Shown here in pieces: positions 1 through 9,648 of a DNA stretch of 32,000 nucleotides. The notes beneath the pieces are model-generated. The model was not told where the DNA came from, did not search any database, and saw only the letters and a list, made by a program, of their open reading frames with translations. The stretch's first letter is position 1. The number at the start of each line of letters is the position of its first letter. The position numbers and the translations under genes are program-made. The DNA is from Erysipelotrichaceae bacterium. Its GTDB lineage: Bacteria; Bacillota_I; Bacilli_A; Erysipelotrichales; Erysipelotrichaceae. The stretch covers positions 1 to 32,000 of the forward strand of contig JAUVVC010000010.1 in assembly GCA_030604855.1 (NCBI GenBank), read 5' to 3'.

Positions 1-380
<380 letters not shown>

Positions 381-467
381 ACAAACACAACAAATAGACA
401 TCAATTATTTAGAAAGCCCATTATTAAACAAATATCTGGTATTCGGTTTTGAGCGAATCACGCTCGA

Positions 468-582
468 TCTGGTGATTATGGCGAAGTGGTCACACCTGTT
501 CCCATCCCGAACACAGAAGTTAAGCACTTCAGCGGCGAAAATAGCTATGCATGCCATAGTGAAGATAGCGCGTCGCCAGTTT
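468..582 (+). rRNA. rrf: 5S rRNA
   Basis: 'tctggtgattatggcgaagtggtcacacctgttcccatcccgaacacagaagttaagc...' matches the conserved bacterial 5S core. The 5' end (469-475) pairs with the 3' end (573-579) to form helix I. It lies about 90 nt after the 23S end. Confidence 0.9.
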
Positions 583-586
583 AAAC

Positions 587-613
587 GCTCCCCCCTAAAG
601 GGAGCTTTTCTTT
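587..613 (+). terminator. Rho-independent terminator of the rRNA operon
   Basis: Stem gctccc (587-592) pairs with gggagc (600-605) around a 7-nt loop, followed by ttttctttat. Confidence 0.7.
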
Positions 614-627
614 ATCTTCTTTTCCTA

Positions 628-636
628 TGGTATAAT
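628..636 (+). promoter_or_regulatory. Extended -10 promoter (TGgTATAAT) for the tsaE operon
   Basis: TGGTATAAT at 628-636 matches the TGnTATAAT extended -10 consensus. It lies 18 nt upstream of the tsaE ATG (654), which has the SD-like 'agaggcga'. Confidence 0.5.
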
Positions 637-653
637 AGGCATCTAGAGGCGAT

Positions 654-1103
654 ATGATTAAAAAGATACACACATACAGTCTTGAAGAGACGAAAAAACT
701 CGCGCAAACGATCGGTTCAAAGATACAGGGAAAGACCCTTATTTTGTTAAGTGGTGAACTAGGCGCAGGCAAAACAAGCTTCACGAAGGGTTTGGCTTTA
801 GGCTTGGAAATAACTAAAAATGTATCGAGCCCTACCTTTACCTTGATGAAGAATTATGTCGGTCGTTTGCCACTCAATCATATCGATGCCTATCGTCTAG
901 AGGGTCACCCTCAAGATCTTGGTTTCGATGAGTTGTTTGACGAAGACAGCGTTACAGTCATTGAATGGCCACTGTATTTGATGGATGAACTTCCTGAAGA
1001 TTGTCTTAAAGTGAGCATTGAGATCGGTGAAGGAGATACTCGTATTTTTTCGTTTGAAGCAATTGGGTTTACCCATGAGGCATTGATAAAGGATTTACTA
1101 TGA
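654..1103 (+). CDS. tsaE: tRNA t6A37 threonylcarbamoyltransferase complex ATPase TsaE
   Basis: 149 aa with the P-loop 'GELGAGKTSFTKG' and the 'SPTFTL' motif typical of TsaE/YjeE. First gene of a tsaE-tsaB-rimI-tsaD cluster. Confidence 0.9.
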   Translation: MIKKIHTYSLEETKKLAQTIGSKIQGKTLILLSGELGAGKTSFTKGLALGLEITKNVSSPTFTLMKNYVGRLPLNHIDAYRLEGHPQDLGFDELFDEDSVTVIEWPLYLMDELPEDCLKVSIEIGEGDTRIFSFEAIGFTHEALIKDLL

Positions 1104-1696
1104 TCACATTAGGCATCGACACATCATTTCACTATTTGACACTCGTACTTTTTGATGAAGAACACGTTTTGGCATCCGTCCAGAAAGAAGCATTTAAGAA
1201 ACAATCTGAACTCGTTTTGGTGGAGATTGAACAACTGTTCATATCGGCTGGATTAACACCAACAGCGCTTGAAGCGATTGTGGTAACAGATGGACCCGGA
1301 AGTTATACCGGACTTCGTATCGGTTTGACCATCGCAAAAGTCTTAGGCTCCTTGGCGCATATCAAGATCTACACACTCTCCTCCTTACACGTTTTAGCAG
1401 GCATTGAAAAAGACATTCATGTCTTGCTTGATGCCCGTGCAAAACGGGCTTATTATGCCCATTATCAACAAGGGAATGTGGTTGAGGAGGAACAGATTCT
1501 TCCCATCGAACAGCTTGCGAAACACATCTCCTTTGATGATCAACTGATTGGGGATGGAGCTTTGATCGATCGTGAAACATTCTATCCCGACTACACAGAG
1601 CATTTCATTCAACTCAAGGACAAATGGATTCTTGTGGAAGACATCGATGCATTGGTTCCACGTTATTTGAAGACAAATGAGGCTTACCAGCCATGA
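1100..1696 (+). CDS. tsaB: tRNA t6A37 complex dimerisation subunit TsaB
   Basis: 198 aa beginning 'LGIDTS' and containing 'GPGSYTGLRIG', typical of TsaB/YeaZ. ATGA start/stop overlap with tsaE. Confidence 0.88.
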   Translation: MITLGIDTSFHYLTLVLFDEEHVLASVQKEAFKKQSELVLVEIEQLFISAGLTPTALEAIVVTDGPGSYTGLRIGLTIAKVLGSLAHIKIYTLSSLHVLAGIEKDIHVLLDARAKRAYYAHYQQGNVVEEEQILPIEQLAKHISFDDQLIGDGALIDRETFYPDYTEHFIQLKDKWILVEDIDALVPRYLKTNEAYQP

Positions 1697-2136
1697 TTCA
1701 GAAAATGGAAGTGAATGATCTCGAACATATTGTCGAGTTGGAACAACAGTGTTTCACGAGCCCATGGTCGAAAGATGATTTTTTATATGAATTGAATGAG
1801 AATCCCTTCGGCTATTATGTCGTACTTAAAGAACAAGACCAGATCACGGCTTACTTGGGGCTTTGGATGGATGAAGAACGAGCCCAAATCACGACCATCG
1901 GCGTCGATCCCAAGCATCGCTCTAAAGGCTATGCCAAAGCCTTGATGGAACACATGTTGGATGTATGTTCAAAACGTGGTGTGCAGATGTATAGTCTGGA
2001 AGTACGAGTGAGTAATACGCCAGCGATCGCGCTGTATGAACGTTATGGATTTAAAAAAGTGGGTATACGCAAAGCCTATTACCAAGACAACCATGAGGAT
2101 GCATATCTCATGATCAAAGAAAGTGAGGAAAACTGA
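1693..2136 (+). CDS. rimI: Ribosomal-protein-alanine N-acetyltransferase (GNAT family) RimI
   Basis: 147 aa GNAT fold ('RSKGYAKALMEHML', 'NTPAIALYERYGF'). It occupies the conserved position between tsaB and tsaD, as in the B. subtilis ydiC-ydiD-ydiE arrangement. Confidence 0.8.
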   Translation: MIQKMEVNDLEHIVELEQQCFTSPWSKDDFLYELNENPFGYYVVLKEQDQITAYLGLWMDEERAQITTIGVDPKHRSKGYAKALMEHMLDVCSKRGVQMYSLEVRVSNTPAIALYERYGFKKVGIRKAYYQDNHEDAYLMIKESEEN

Positions 2137-3125
2137 TGCGCATCTGTGCTATAGAAACATCCTGCGATGAGACAGCCGTCGCCATCATTGAAGATGGTAA
2201 AACCGTTCTCAGCAACGTCGTTTCCTCACAAATCAATGTCCACCAAGCCTTTGGAGGCGTCATTCCAGAAGTTGCGTCTCGCATCCATGTGGAAAATATC
2301 AGTCTCGTACTGAAGGAAGCGTTAAGCGAGGCGAAGATGAACTTGGATGAAGTGGATGCCTTCGCCATCACCCATGGACCTGGTCTTGTGGGTTCCTTGC
2401 ATGTCGGCTTGATCACAGCGAAAACATTGGCTTGGTACACTCAGAAACCTTTGATTCCTGTCCATCACATCACCGGACACATCTATGCCAATAACTTTGT
2501 GAGTGAACTCAGCTATCCCATGTTGGCGTTGGTCGTGTCAGGTGGACACACCGAACTGGTTTATCTTAAAGAAGAGTTTAATTTTGAAATCCTTGGATCA
2601 ACACAAGATGATGCGATCGGAGAAGCCTACGATAAAGTCGCACGTGTCATGGGTTTGAGTTATCCTGGGGGTCCAGTGATTGACAGACTTGCGAAATCTG
2701 GGGAAGCTCATTACAAACTTCCAAAAATCAAAACACAGAATCCATTCGATTTTTCGTTCAGTGGTTTGAAGTCTGCAGTCTTACAATTGGTTCATAAGCA
2801 AACGGAAGACCTGAATCATGAAGATCTTGCGTATGCGTTTCAAGAAGCAGCAGTGGGTGAGTTGATGCTTAAAACACGTTTGGCATTAGACACTTATCCT
2901 GTGAAACATTTTGTTTTAGCTGGGGGCGTCGCGGCAAATTCACGCTTACGTGAACTTGTCCTAGGTTTGAATGAGGAATACCCGGATATTCAAATCACGA
3001 TTCCACCGCTCTGGTGTTGTACCGATAATGCGGCAATGATCGGGGCGGTCGCATACATTGCATACAAGCATGGCGTTCAGGCAGATTTAAGTTTAAGCGC
3101 AAATCCTGGACTGGATTATGCGTGA
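2136..3125 (+). CDS. tsaD: tRNA N6-adenosine threonylcarbamoyltransferase TsaD (Kae1/Gcp family)
   Basis: 329 aa beginning 'ETSCDETAVAI', with the metal-binding 'HHITGH' and 'GGVAANSRLR'. Its start overlaps the rimI stop (TGATG). Confidence 0.93.
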   Translation: MRICAIETSCDETAVAIIEDGKTVLSNVVSSQINVHQAFGGVIPEVASRIHVENISLVLKEALSEAKMNLDEVDAFAITHGPGLVGSLHVGLITAKTLAWYTQKPLIPVHHITGHIYANNFVSELSYPMLALVVSGGHTELVYLKEEFNFEILGSTQDDAIGEAYDKVARVMGLSYPGGPVIDRLAKSGEAHYKLPKIKTQNPFDFSFSGLKSAVLQLVHKQTEDLNHEDLAYAFQEAAVGELMLKTRLALDTYPVKHFVLAGGVAANSRLRELVLGLNEEYPDIQITIPPLWCCTDNAAMIGAVAYIAYKHGVQADLSLSANPGLDYA

Positions 3126-3138
3126 AGTTTATTAAAAT

Positions 3139-3167
3139 ATTCACAATCTTAATCAGCTATGTTAAAC
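3139..3167 (+). promoter_or_regulatory. Candidate promoter for rex-asnS (TTCACA-N17-TAAACT, with TG extension)
   Basis: TTCACA at 3139-3144, a 17-nt spacer, then TGtTAAACT at 3159-3167, about 19 nt upstream of the ATG at 3186. Confidence 0.35.
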
Positions 3168-3185
3168 TAAGATAAGGTGAAAAAT

Positions 3186-3812
3186 ATGAACAACTTAAAA
3201 TATACAGTCCCAAAGGCTACACTTCAACGCTTTCCAGTCTATCTCAAGGCATTACGAAAACTGGACAATCTCGGTGTGCAGCGCATCATGTCACGCGAAC
3301 TCTCGGAATTCGTAGACATCGAACCCACCACGATCCGTCGTGATTTCTCATTTTTAGGCTCGCTGGGCAAGCAGGGCTATGGCTATGATGTGTCGGCTTT
3401 GATCAAAGTCTTTGATCAACATTTGGGTGGACAGTTTGAAGAAAAACTCATCATCGTAGGTGCGGGGAATCTGGGCCGTGCGTTGATGAATTATAATCGT
3501 TGGAATCACGTCGTCGGTGAAATCGTTTGTGCCTTCGATATTGAAGCCAATAAGATCGGTTCGATGTATGAAATCCCCGTATATCCTTTAAGTGAACTGA
3601 AACAACATATTCCAGAGGGATGTCGCATAGCCATTCTTACGGTTTCTAAAGATGTCCAAGAAACCGTTAATCTTCTAGTCGATGCGGGTATAAAGGGAAT
3701 AGTGGACTTCACACATGAACATATTCAAGTTCCAAAGGGTGTGAAGGTGAAAGCAGTGGATGTCGTATCCATGATACAAGAGTTGGTTTTTGAGACCAAT
3801 TCCATTTCTTAG
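3186..3812 (+). CDS. rex: Redox-sensing transcriptional repressor Rex
   Basis: 'ATLQRFPVYLKALRKL' winged-helix N-terminus, 'ISSxELS'-like 'IMSRELSEF', 'RRDFSFLGSLGKQGYGY', and the Rossmann motif 'IVGAGNLGRAL'. The ORF track starts at GTG 3177; ATG 3186 is better placed after the SD 'aaggtg' (3173-3178). Confidence 0.9.
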   Translation: MNNLKYTVPKATLQRFPVYLKALRKLDNLGVQRIMSRELSEFVDIEPTTIRRDFSFLGSLGKQGYGYDVSALIKVFDQHLGGQFEEKLIIVGAGNLGRALMNYNRWNHVVGEIVCAFDIEANKIGSMYEIPVYPLSELKQHIPEGCRIAILTVSKDVQETVNLLVDAGIKGIVDFTHEHIQVPKGVKVKAVDVVSMIQELVFETNSIS

Positions 3813-3825
3813 GAGAAATTAACAT

Positions 3826-5208
3826 ATGGAAGCATTAATGACGGTAAGAGAATGTTATGAGTTGGTCAAGGAAGGTTCGATGCTTGAGTTGGATACCATG
3901 GATTTGGTCCAAGTCCAAGGCTGGGTCAGAACCAACCGTAATAATAAAAATGTTGGTTTCATTGAGTTGAACGATGGGACTTATTTCCGTAGTATCCAAT
4001 TGGTTTATGCCAGTGATTTGGAACAATTCGAAGAAGCAACCCATTATTTGACAGGGACCGCTTTGACGGTCATCGGTTCATTCAAATTGACGCCTGGAAT
4101 GAAACAACCTTTTGAAATTGAAGTTAAATCCTTCAATCTGGAAGGGGCATGTGATCCCGATTATCCCCTTCAAAAGAAACAGCACTCATTTGAATATCTC
4201 CGCGAGATTGCGCATTTGCGTCCCCGTACGAATACCTTCAGTGCAGTCTTCAGAGTGCGCTCTGTCTTAAGTATGGCGATTCATGAGTTCTTCCAAGACC
4301 AAGGATTCGTCTACTTGCATGCCCCGATCATAACGGGCAATGATGCGGAAGGTGCGGGAGAGGTCTTTACTGTGACCACACGCAATGATGCGAATTATGA
4401 AGAAGATTTCTTTGGTAAAAAAGCCAGTCTAACCGTTTCAGGTCAGCTCCAAGCGGAAGCGTTTGCCTTGGCGTTTAGAGATGTCTATACCTTTGGCCCA
4501 ACCTTTAGAGCTGAAAACAGCAATACCGCTCGACATGCCAGTGAATTCTGGATGATCGAACCTGAGATCGCCTTTGCGGATCTGGCGGATGATATGGATC
4601 TGATTGAAGATATGGTCAAGAGTTGCATTCAGTACGTATTGGACAATGCGGAGGAAGAAATGAAATTCTTCAACGAACGCATCGATAAAACACTGCTTGA
4701 GCGCTTGGACAGAGTACTAAACATGCCCTTTGCGCGAATGACCTATACTGAAGCCATCGAGCATTTGAAAGAAGCACCGGTCAAATTTGAATTCCCTGTC
4801 GATTGGGGAACGGATCTTCAATCTGAACATGAACGTTACATCTGTGAACAAGTTGTTCAAGGACCTGTCTTCTTAACGGATTATCCAAAAGATATCAAAG
4901 CCTTTTACATGCGTATGAATGATGATGGCAAGACGGTTGCGGCATGTGACCTCTTGGTTCCAGCCATCGGTGAATTGGTCGGAGGCTCGCAACGTGAAGA
5001 ACGTTATGATCTCCTCAAACAACGCATGGAAGACATGGACATTCATGCGGAGAGCTTGAAGTGGTATTTGGATCTACGGCGTTATGGCGGCTGTCAACAC
5101 GCAGGTTTCGGCTTGGGCTTTGAGCGTTTCTTGATGTATATCACCGGCATGCAAAACATACGTGATGTCTTGCCATTCGCACGGACACCACGCAACTTAG
5201 ACTATTAG
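3826..5208 (+). CDS. asnS: Asparagine--tRNA ligase
   Basis: 460 aa class IIb aaRS. '[21 protein letters not shown]' is diagnostic of AsnRS, and the C-terminal '[12 protein letters not shown]' is class II motif 3. GGAG SD upstream. Confidence 0.92.
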   Translation: MEALMTVRECYELVKEGSMLELDTMDLVQVQGWVRTNRNNKNVGFIELNDGTYFRSIQLVYASDLEQFEEATHYLTGTALTVIGSFKLTPGMKQPFEIEVKSFNLEGACDPDYPLQKKQHSFEYLREIAHLRPRTNTFSAVFRVRSVLSMAIHEFFQDQGFVYLHAPIITGNDAEGAGEVFTVTTRNDANYEEDFFGKKASLTVSGQLQAEAFALAFRDVYTFGPTFRAENSNTARHASEFWMIEPEIAFADLADDMDLIEDMVKSCIQYVLDNAEEEMKFFNERIDKTLLERLDRVLNMPFARMTYTEAIEHLKEAPVKFEFPVDWGTDLQSEHERYICEQVVQGPVFLTDYPKDIKAFYMRMNDDGKTVAACDLLVPAIGELVGGSQREERYDLLKQRMEDMDIHAESLKWYLDLRRYGGCQHAGFGLGFERFLMYITGMQNIRDVLPFARTPRNLDY

Positions 5209-5220
5209 AAGCGAGGTTAA

Positions 5221-6534
5221 ATGGAATATCAACCTAGATTGGTGCCTAAAGGAAGAAGACGATTGAAATGGCGGGTGCTTATCCCGTCTTTTATTCTGCT
5301 CATTCTTTTAGGCTACATTCTTTTCAATACATTATTTCCCAAGCAATTGGCAGTGATGGAGACGGGCTTGACGATCTGTGATTACAGCTACACTCAGACC
5401 CAAAGCACGTTGAATGCCAAACAGTATACGGATGTTTTGGAGGTCAAAGATCATCTTTATTATGGAGAGACTTTGAATCTTTTCAATGCGACCTATGATC
5501 ATACGACAGCGGATTATTTCATCGGTAAGACCATGAAATTACGTAATGTTTGTGATGGGAACGAATGGGTCTATATGTTGGGTCGTAATGCGGATGAACA
5601 GATTCCTCTGGAAAACCTTCCCAATGGCTTTTATGAAGTTTTCATTGTGGATAATCTGATAGAGAAACGTTTAGTTACTGAAAATGAACTATATGATGTC
5701 TTCTATACGGTTCGGCGGAATGGGGTCAGTAAACGGATTGATTTGATTGGGGATCAAGATCTTGTCCAAGGAATGGATGAAGATGTGTCGATCTTGGAGG
5801 ATCACTATCTCTTCATCCAGGTTACGGATGCCGATCCCATCGAAACGGAGTCCATCTATGATGTGTATATCGATCCAGCCCACAACACCACCAGTTGGAA
5901 TGTGACGGATCGTGGTCGTACGGTGGATGATTTGGTTGAAGCGGATGTCTTGTTCAAATTGGCTGAAGCACTAAAAGTCAAACTTGAAGCAAAAGGTTTG
6001 AAAGTGATGCTTTCACGGGAATCCATTGACGAGACGATCAATCAGTATGGTGTCGATGGACGCTTATACAAAGCCTATCAATCCAAGGCAAAGCACTATC
6101 TTGAATTGAATCTCAATTTCACGACCAATAAAGATACACGTGGCAGTCGTATCATCTATTCTTCGTATTCGAGCAATCGTTTCGCAACAGCGATTTTCAA
6201 ATCCCTGATGAACACCACGGGTTTGGTTCCTTATGGACGCAATACGACTTCAAACATCGCGGGTGTCTTGGCAGCGAGTCGTTATACAGGCTTGGATGCC
6301 TATCCTTCGATTCGTGAAGCAGGTGGACGCATCTTGGTCGCAGGAACGATCTCTGATTTAGCAATCGAGCAAAACAGTTCATTCAATAAAGAAGAGCGCA
6401 AAGGTTTGCAGTCTTTAAGTTTGGAATTGTTTTTTATCTCAAACAGTTTGGACACAGCCGTCTATCGTACGCAATTGGATGCGATGGTGGACAATATCGC
6501 TCAAGGTTATTTGAAAGCGATTGGATTGGAATGA
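5221..6534 (+). CDS. Membrane-anchored protein with a C-terminal N-acetylmuramoyl-L-alanine amidase (Amidase_3/CwlD-like) domain, possibly catalytically degenerate
   Basis: 437 aa with an N-terminal TM helix 'WRVLIPSFILLILLGYILF'. The C-terminal half aligns by eye to Amidase_3 motifs: 'VYIDPAH', 'EADVLFKLAEALKVKLEAKG', 'YLELNLNF' (in place of 'SIHxNA') and 'LSLELFFISN'. Confidence 0.6.
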   Translation: MEYQPRLVPKGRRRLKWRVLIPSFILLILLGYILFNTLFPKQLAVMETGLTICDYSYTQTQSTLNAKQYTDVLEVKDHLYYGETLNLFNATYDHTTADYFIGKTMKLRNVCDGNEWVYMLGRNADEQIPLENLPNGFYEVFIVDNLIEKRLVTENELYDVFYTVRRNGVSKRIDLIGDQDLVQGMDEDVSILEDHYLFIQVTDADPIETESIYDVYIDPAHNTTSWNVTDRGRTVDDLVEADVLFKLAEALKVKLEAKGLKVMLSRESIDETINQYGVDGRLYKAYQSKAKHYLELNLNFTTNKDTRGSRIIYSSYSSNRFATAIFKSLMNTTGLVPYGRNTTSNIAGVLAASRYTGLDAYPSIREAGGRILVAGTISDLAIEQNSSFNKEERKGLQSLSLELFFISNSLDTAVYRTQLDAMVDNIAQGYLKAIGLE

Positions 6535-6535
6535 T

Positions 6536-8407
6536 ATGACTTTACAATTATCAAACGCATCAAAATCCTATGGAGCGGATGAGATTTTCACCCAGTTGAA
6601 TTTTGAAATCAAGCCCTACGATAAGATCGCCATCATCGGACGCAATGGTTGTGGAAAGACAAGCTTGTTAAAGATTCTTGCGGATCAATTGTCACTGGAC
6701 AAAGGTGATGTTTTTAAGCCACGTGATTTGAAAGTCGGTTATTTGGCTCAAGCCAATGCGACTTCAGAAGAATTGACGATCGAAGCTTATTTCGAACCTT
6801 TGTTTAAAGACATCTTTACTCTGGAGACGGAACTTGGAAGTTTGGCTGCCAAACTCAATGCCCATTCAAGCGATGAAGAGTTGGAGCTGTATGCGACTAA
6901 GATGGAGAATTTTGAGCGTTTAGGTGGCTATACCTATCGTCAGGAGTGGATGACCATCTTCACGCAATTCGGTTTTAGAGATGAGGATCTTCAAAGACCG
7001 GTCATGACTTTGTCCGGTGGTCAAAAGACACGTTTGGCTTTTGTGTATCTTTTGATCAGCAAACCCGATGTCTTGCTTCTGGACGAACCCACCAACCACC
7101 TGGATATGAGTACGATCGAATGGTTGGAAACCTATCTGTCGCATTATGACAAAGCCTTGGTCTTTGTGTCACATGACCGCATGTTCATCGATCATGTGGC
7201 GAAAACAATCGTTGAGATGGAATTCGGTGAACTCACGACCTATGTGGGGAACTATGCGAACTTCCTTGCGCAGAAAGCCCTCAATCAAGAGAAGCAACTC
7301 TCGTCGTTCAAGCGCCAACAAAAAGACATTCAACGCTTGGAACAACTCATTGAGAAGTTTAGATACAAGAAGAATAAAGCCAAATTTGCTCAATCCAAAA
7401 TCAAATACTTAGACCGCTTAGAGCGTATTGAAGCACCTGATGCGGATAATCGCAATTTCAAAGCGCGTTTCTATGCCAAACACCGCGGTGGAAAGAGTGT
7501 GTTGAGTGTCAAGGATTTGGAAATCGGCTATCATCAGAGCCTAGCGAAAATCAATCTTGAGATTTTGCATGGTCAACATTGTGCGGTCATTGGACCCAAT
7601 GGACATGGTAAATCAACCTTCCTGAAGACAATCATGGAACATGTGCCTTCTCTCAGTGGAGAGATCTTATTGGGTCATCAGATCGATATCGGTTATTTCG
7701 ACCAGGAACAACTTGAGTATCGAAGTACGAAAACAGCACTCGAGGATCTCTGGGATGCCTATCCGGACCTGACGCAAACCGAAGTACGCACCATTCTCGG
7801 TTCGTTTCTGTTCACAGCGGATGAAGTGTTTAAAGAAGTCAATGTCTTATCTGGGGGTGAAAAGGTTCGCTTGGCACTTGCGAAGTTGATGCTTAAGGGA
7901 TCCAATTTCTTGGTGTTGGATGAACCCACGAACCATTTGGATATTCCAGGTAAAGAAGCTTTAGAAAATGCTCTGAGAGATTATGAAGGAACGATTCTCT
8001 TCGTATCCCATGACCGTTATTTCATTCAGAAGATTGCGAAGACCGTGCTCAGTATCGAGGATGGTCACGCGGATTTCTACTTGATCGAAGACCAAGCGGC
8101 ACGCATTGAAGTCAAAGAAGAGCAGAAGTTGGAAGAAAAAGTGGTTGTCAAGCCAAAGGCGAATGCATCGAGACTCATCAAGCAGATTCAAAAGATCGAG
8201 GAAGCCATCGCACTTAAAGAAGAAGAACTCGCCATTGCCCGGGAAAAGCGTTTTGATCCCTTTTATTATCATGATTATCAAAACATGCGTGACTTGGATG
8301 AGTCGATCGATGAAATTCATGTGGACTTGGACAAGTTGATGAAAGACTGGGAAAGCCATCATGAAGAGCTTGAGAAGAGTAGTAAACCAACGCAGATTAA
8401 GGTATAA
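6536..8407 (+). CDS. ABC-F family ATPase (no TM domain; YdiF/Uup-like, translation-associated)
   Basis: Two ABC cassettes: Walker A 'GRNGCGKTS' and 'GPNGHGKST', signatures 'LSGGQKTR' and 'LSGGEKVR'. A basic inter-domain linker and a K/E-rich coiled-coil C-terminal tail. ATG 6536 is preferred over the ORF-track TTG at 6521. Synteny with tsaEBD/rex resembles the B. subtilis ydi locus. Confidence 0.85.
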   Translation: MTLQLSNASKSYGADEIFTQLNFEIKPYDKIAIIGRNGCGKTSLLKILADQLSLDKGDVFKPRDLKVGYLAQANATSEELTIEAYFEPLFKDIFTLETELGSLAAKLNAHSSDEELELYATKMENFERLGGYTYRQEWMTIFTQFGFRDEDLQRPVMTLSGGQKTRLAFVYLLISKPDVLLLDEPTNHLDMSTIEWLETYLSHYDKALVFVSHDRMFIDHVAKTIVEMEFGELTTYVGNYANFLAQKALNQEKQLSSFKRQQKDIQRLEQLIEKFRYKKNKAKFAQSKIKYLDRLERIEAPDADNRNFKARFYAKHRGGKSVLSVKDLEIGYHQSLAKINLEILHGQHCAVIGPNGHGKSTFLKTIMEHVPSLSGEILLGHQIDIGYFDQEQLEYRSTKTALEDLWDAYPDLTQTEVRTILGSFLFTADEVFKEVNVLSGGEKVRLALAKLMLKGSNFLVLDEPTNHLDIPGKEALENALRDYEGTILFVSHDRYFIQKIAKTVLSIEDGHADFYLIEDQAARIEVKEEQKLEEKVVVKPKANASRLIKQIQKIEEAIALKEEELAIAREKRFDPFYYHDYQNMRDLDESIDEIHVDLDKLMKDWESHHEELEKSSKPTQIKV

Positions 8408-8437
8408 TATCATCGATTAAAAAAAGGAGAAACATCT

Positions 8438-9643
8438 ATGGGAAATTGTATTGTTGCACAGAGCGGTGGACCTACTTCCGTCATCAACGCAACCTTAGCT
8501 GGTGTTGTCAAAGGCAACCAATTGAATCCGATCTATAAGACGGTCTATGGTGGTTTGAATGGAATCGAAGGTATTTTGGAAGAACGTTTCGTTGATCTGA
8601 CGAACATGAGTGAAGCAGATAACTATATCCTGCGTCAGACACCTTCAAGTGCTTTAGGTTCATGTCGTTATAAGTTAAAGAGAAGTAATGTGGCGGACTT
8701 TGAAAAACTGTTCGCGATCTTAGAAAAATATGACATCGATACGATGTTCTACATCGGTGGTAACGACTCCATGGATACGGTTTATGCTTTGAGTGAGTAC
8801 GCTGCTGCACACAACATCACCAACCGTCGATTTGTCGGTTGTCCAAAAACGGTTGATAATGACCTGATGGTCACCGATCACTGCCCAGGTTATGCAAGTG
8901 CTGCGAAGTTCATTGCGACGACCGCGTTGCAGACATGGTTGGATGTCAATGTCTACACTCGTCAAGAAGTCTTCATCTTGGAGACGATGGGACGTGATGC
9001 CGGTTGGTTGGCTGCTTCCGCATGCTTGAGTGGCATCGTGGATTTGGTCGTTCTACCTGAAATTCCATTTGATAAAGATGTGTTCCTCGGTGAAGTTCGC
9101 AAATGCATCGCTGAGAAGAACAAGTGTTATGTCGTTGTGTCTGAAGGCGCACGCTATGCGGACGGCACCTATTTGGCTGCTGGTGAAGCGAAGAATGATG
9201 GCTTTGGTCACGCGGTTCTTGGTGGTGCAGCCAATGCGGTCAAAGATTTGATCTTGAGCTCAGGTGCAGCAAGCCGTTGTAAAGTTCAAGACTTGAGCAC
9301 GGCGCAACGTTGCCATGCCTCTGAACAATCCTTAGTGGATGTGGAAGAATCCTTCAAACTCGGCATGAGTGGTCATATGCGCAGTGCCGATCCGAAATTC
9401 ACCGGTCAAATGGTGGGTGTGCGTCGTAAAGAAGGCGAAGTTTATGATGTCGAGTATTTCGCGACAGCCGCAAGCAATGTGGCCAATCATGTCAAGAACT
9501 TCCCAGTCGAATGGGCGTTGCCAAACTACCGTGGAGTTACGAAAGAAGCCATTGCATACATGAAACCATTGATTCAAGGCTCACCGGTGGTGACCTATAA
9601 AGATGGTGTTCCAGCTTACGTCAAACCTTATTATATGAGGTAA
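8438..9643 (+). CDS. pfp: Phosphofructokinase, PfkA superfamily, probably pyrophosphate-dependent
   Basis: 401 aa with 'AQSGGPTSVINA', 'GGNDS', 'PKTVDNDL' (Lys at the position that is Gly in ATP-PFKs) and 'ETMGRDAGWLA'. Strong SD 'aaaggaga'. Confidence 0.8.
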   Translation: MGNCIVAQSGGPTSVINATLAGVVKGNQLNPIYKTVYGGLNGIEGILEERFVDLTNMSEADNYILRQTPSSALGSCRYKLKRSNVADFEKLFAILEKYDIDTMFYIGGNDSMDTVYALSEYAAAHNITNRRFVGCPKTVDNDLMVTDHCPGYASAAKFIATTALQTWLDVNVYTRQEVFILETMGRDAGWLAASACLSGIVDLVVLPEIPFDKDVFLGEVRKCIAEKNKCYVVVSEGARYADGTYLAAGEAKNDGFGHAVLGGAANAVKDLILSSGAASRCKVQDLSTAQRCHASEQSLVDVEESFKLGMSGHMRSADPKFTGQMVGVRRKEGEVYDVEYFATAASNVANHVKNFPVEWALPNYRGVTKEAIAYMKPLIQGSPVVTYKDGVPAYVKPYYMR

Positions 9644-9648
9644 AAATG

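Noticed and set aside
472-657. 61-aa ORF on the plus strand
   Set aside because: It lies entirely within the 5S rRNA gene and its terminator, so it is a spurious ORF.
3121-3145. Possible Rex operator upstream of rex (GTGAA...TTCACAA)
   Set aside because: Only one good half-site (TTCACAA, 3139-3145) is present. The inverted GTGAA lies 13 nt away rather than at the short spacing of the TTGTGAA-N-TTCACAA consensus. It cannot be supported as an operator from sequence alone.
7961-8413. 150-aa antisense ORF, plus other antisense or out-of-frame ORFs (for example 2114-2440, 11334-11681, 15928-16416, 20161-20496, 23533-23925, 28103-28346)
   Set aside because: All are embedded in well-supported genes on the opposite strand or in another frame. 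They have low-complexity or odd composition and no SD or promoter signals, which is typical of shadow ORFs.
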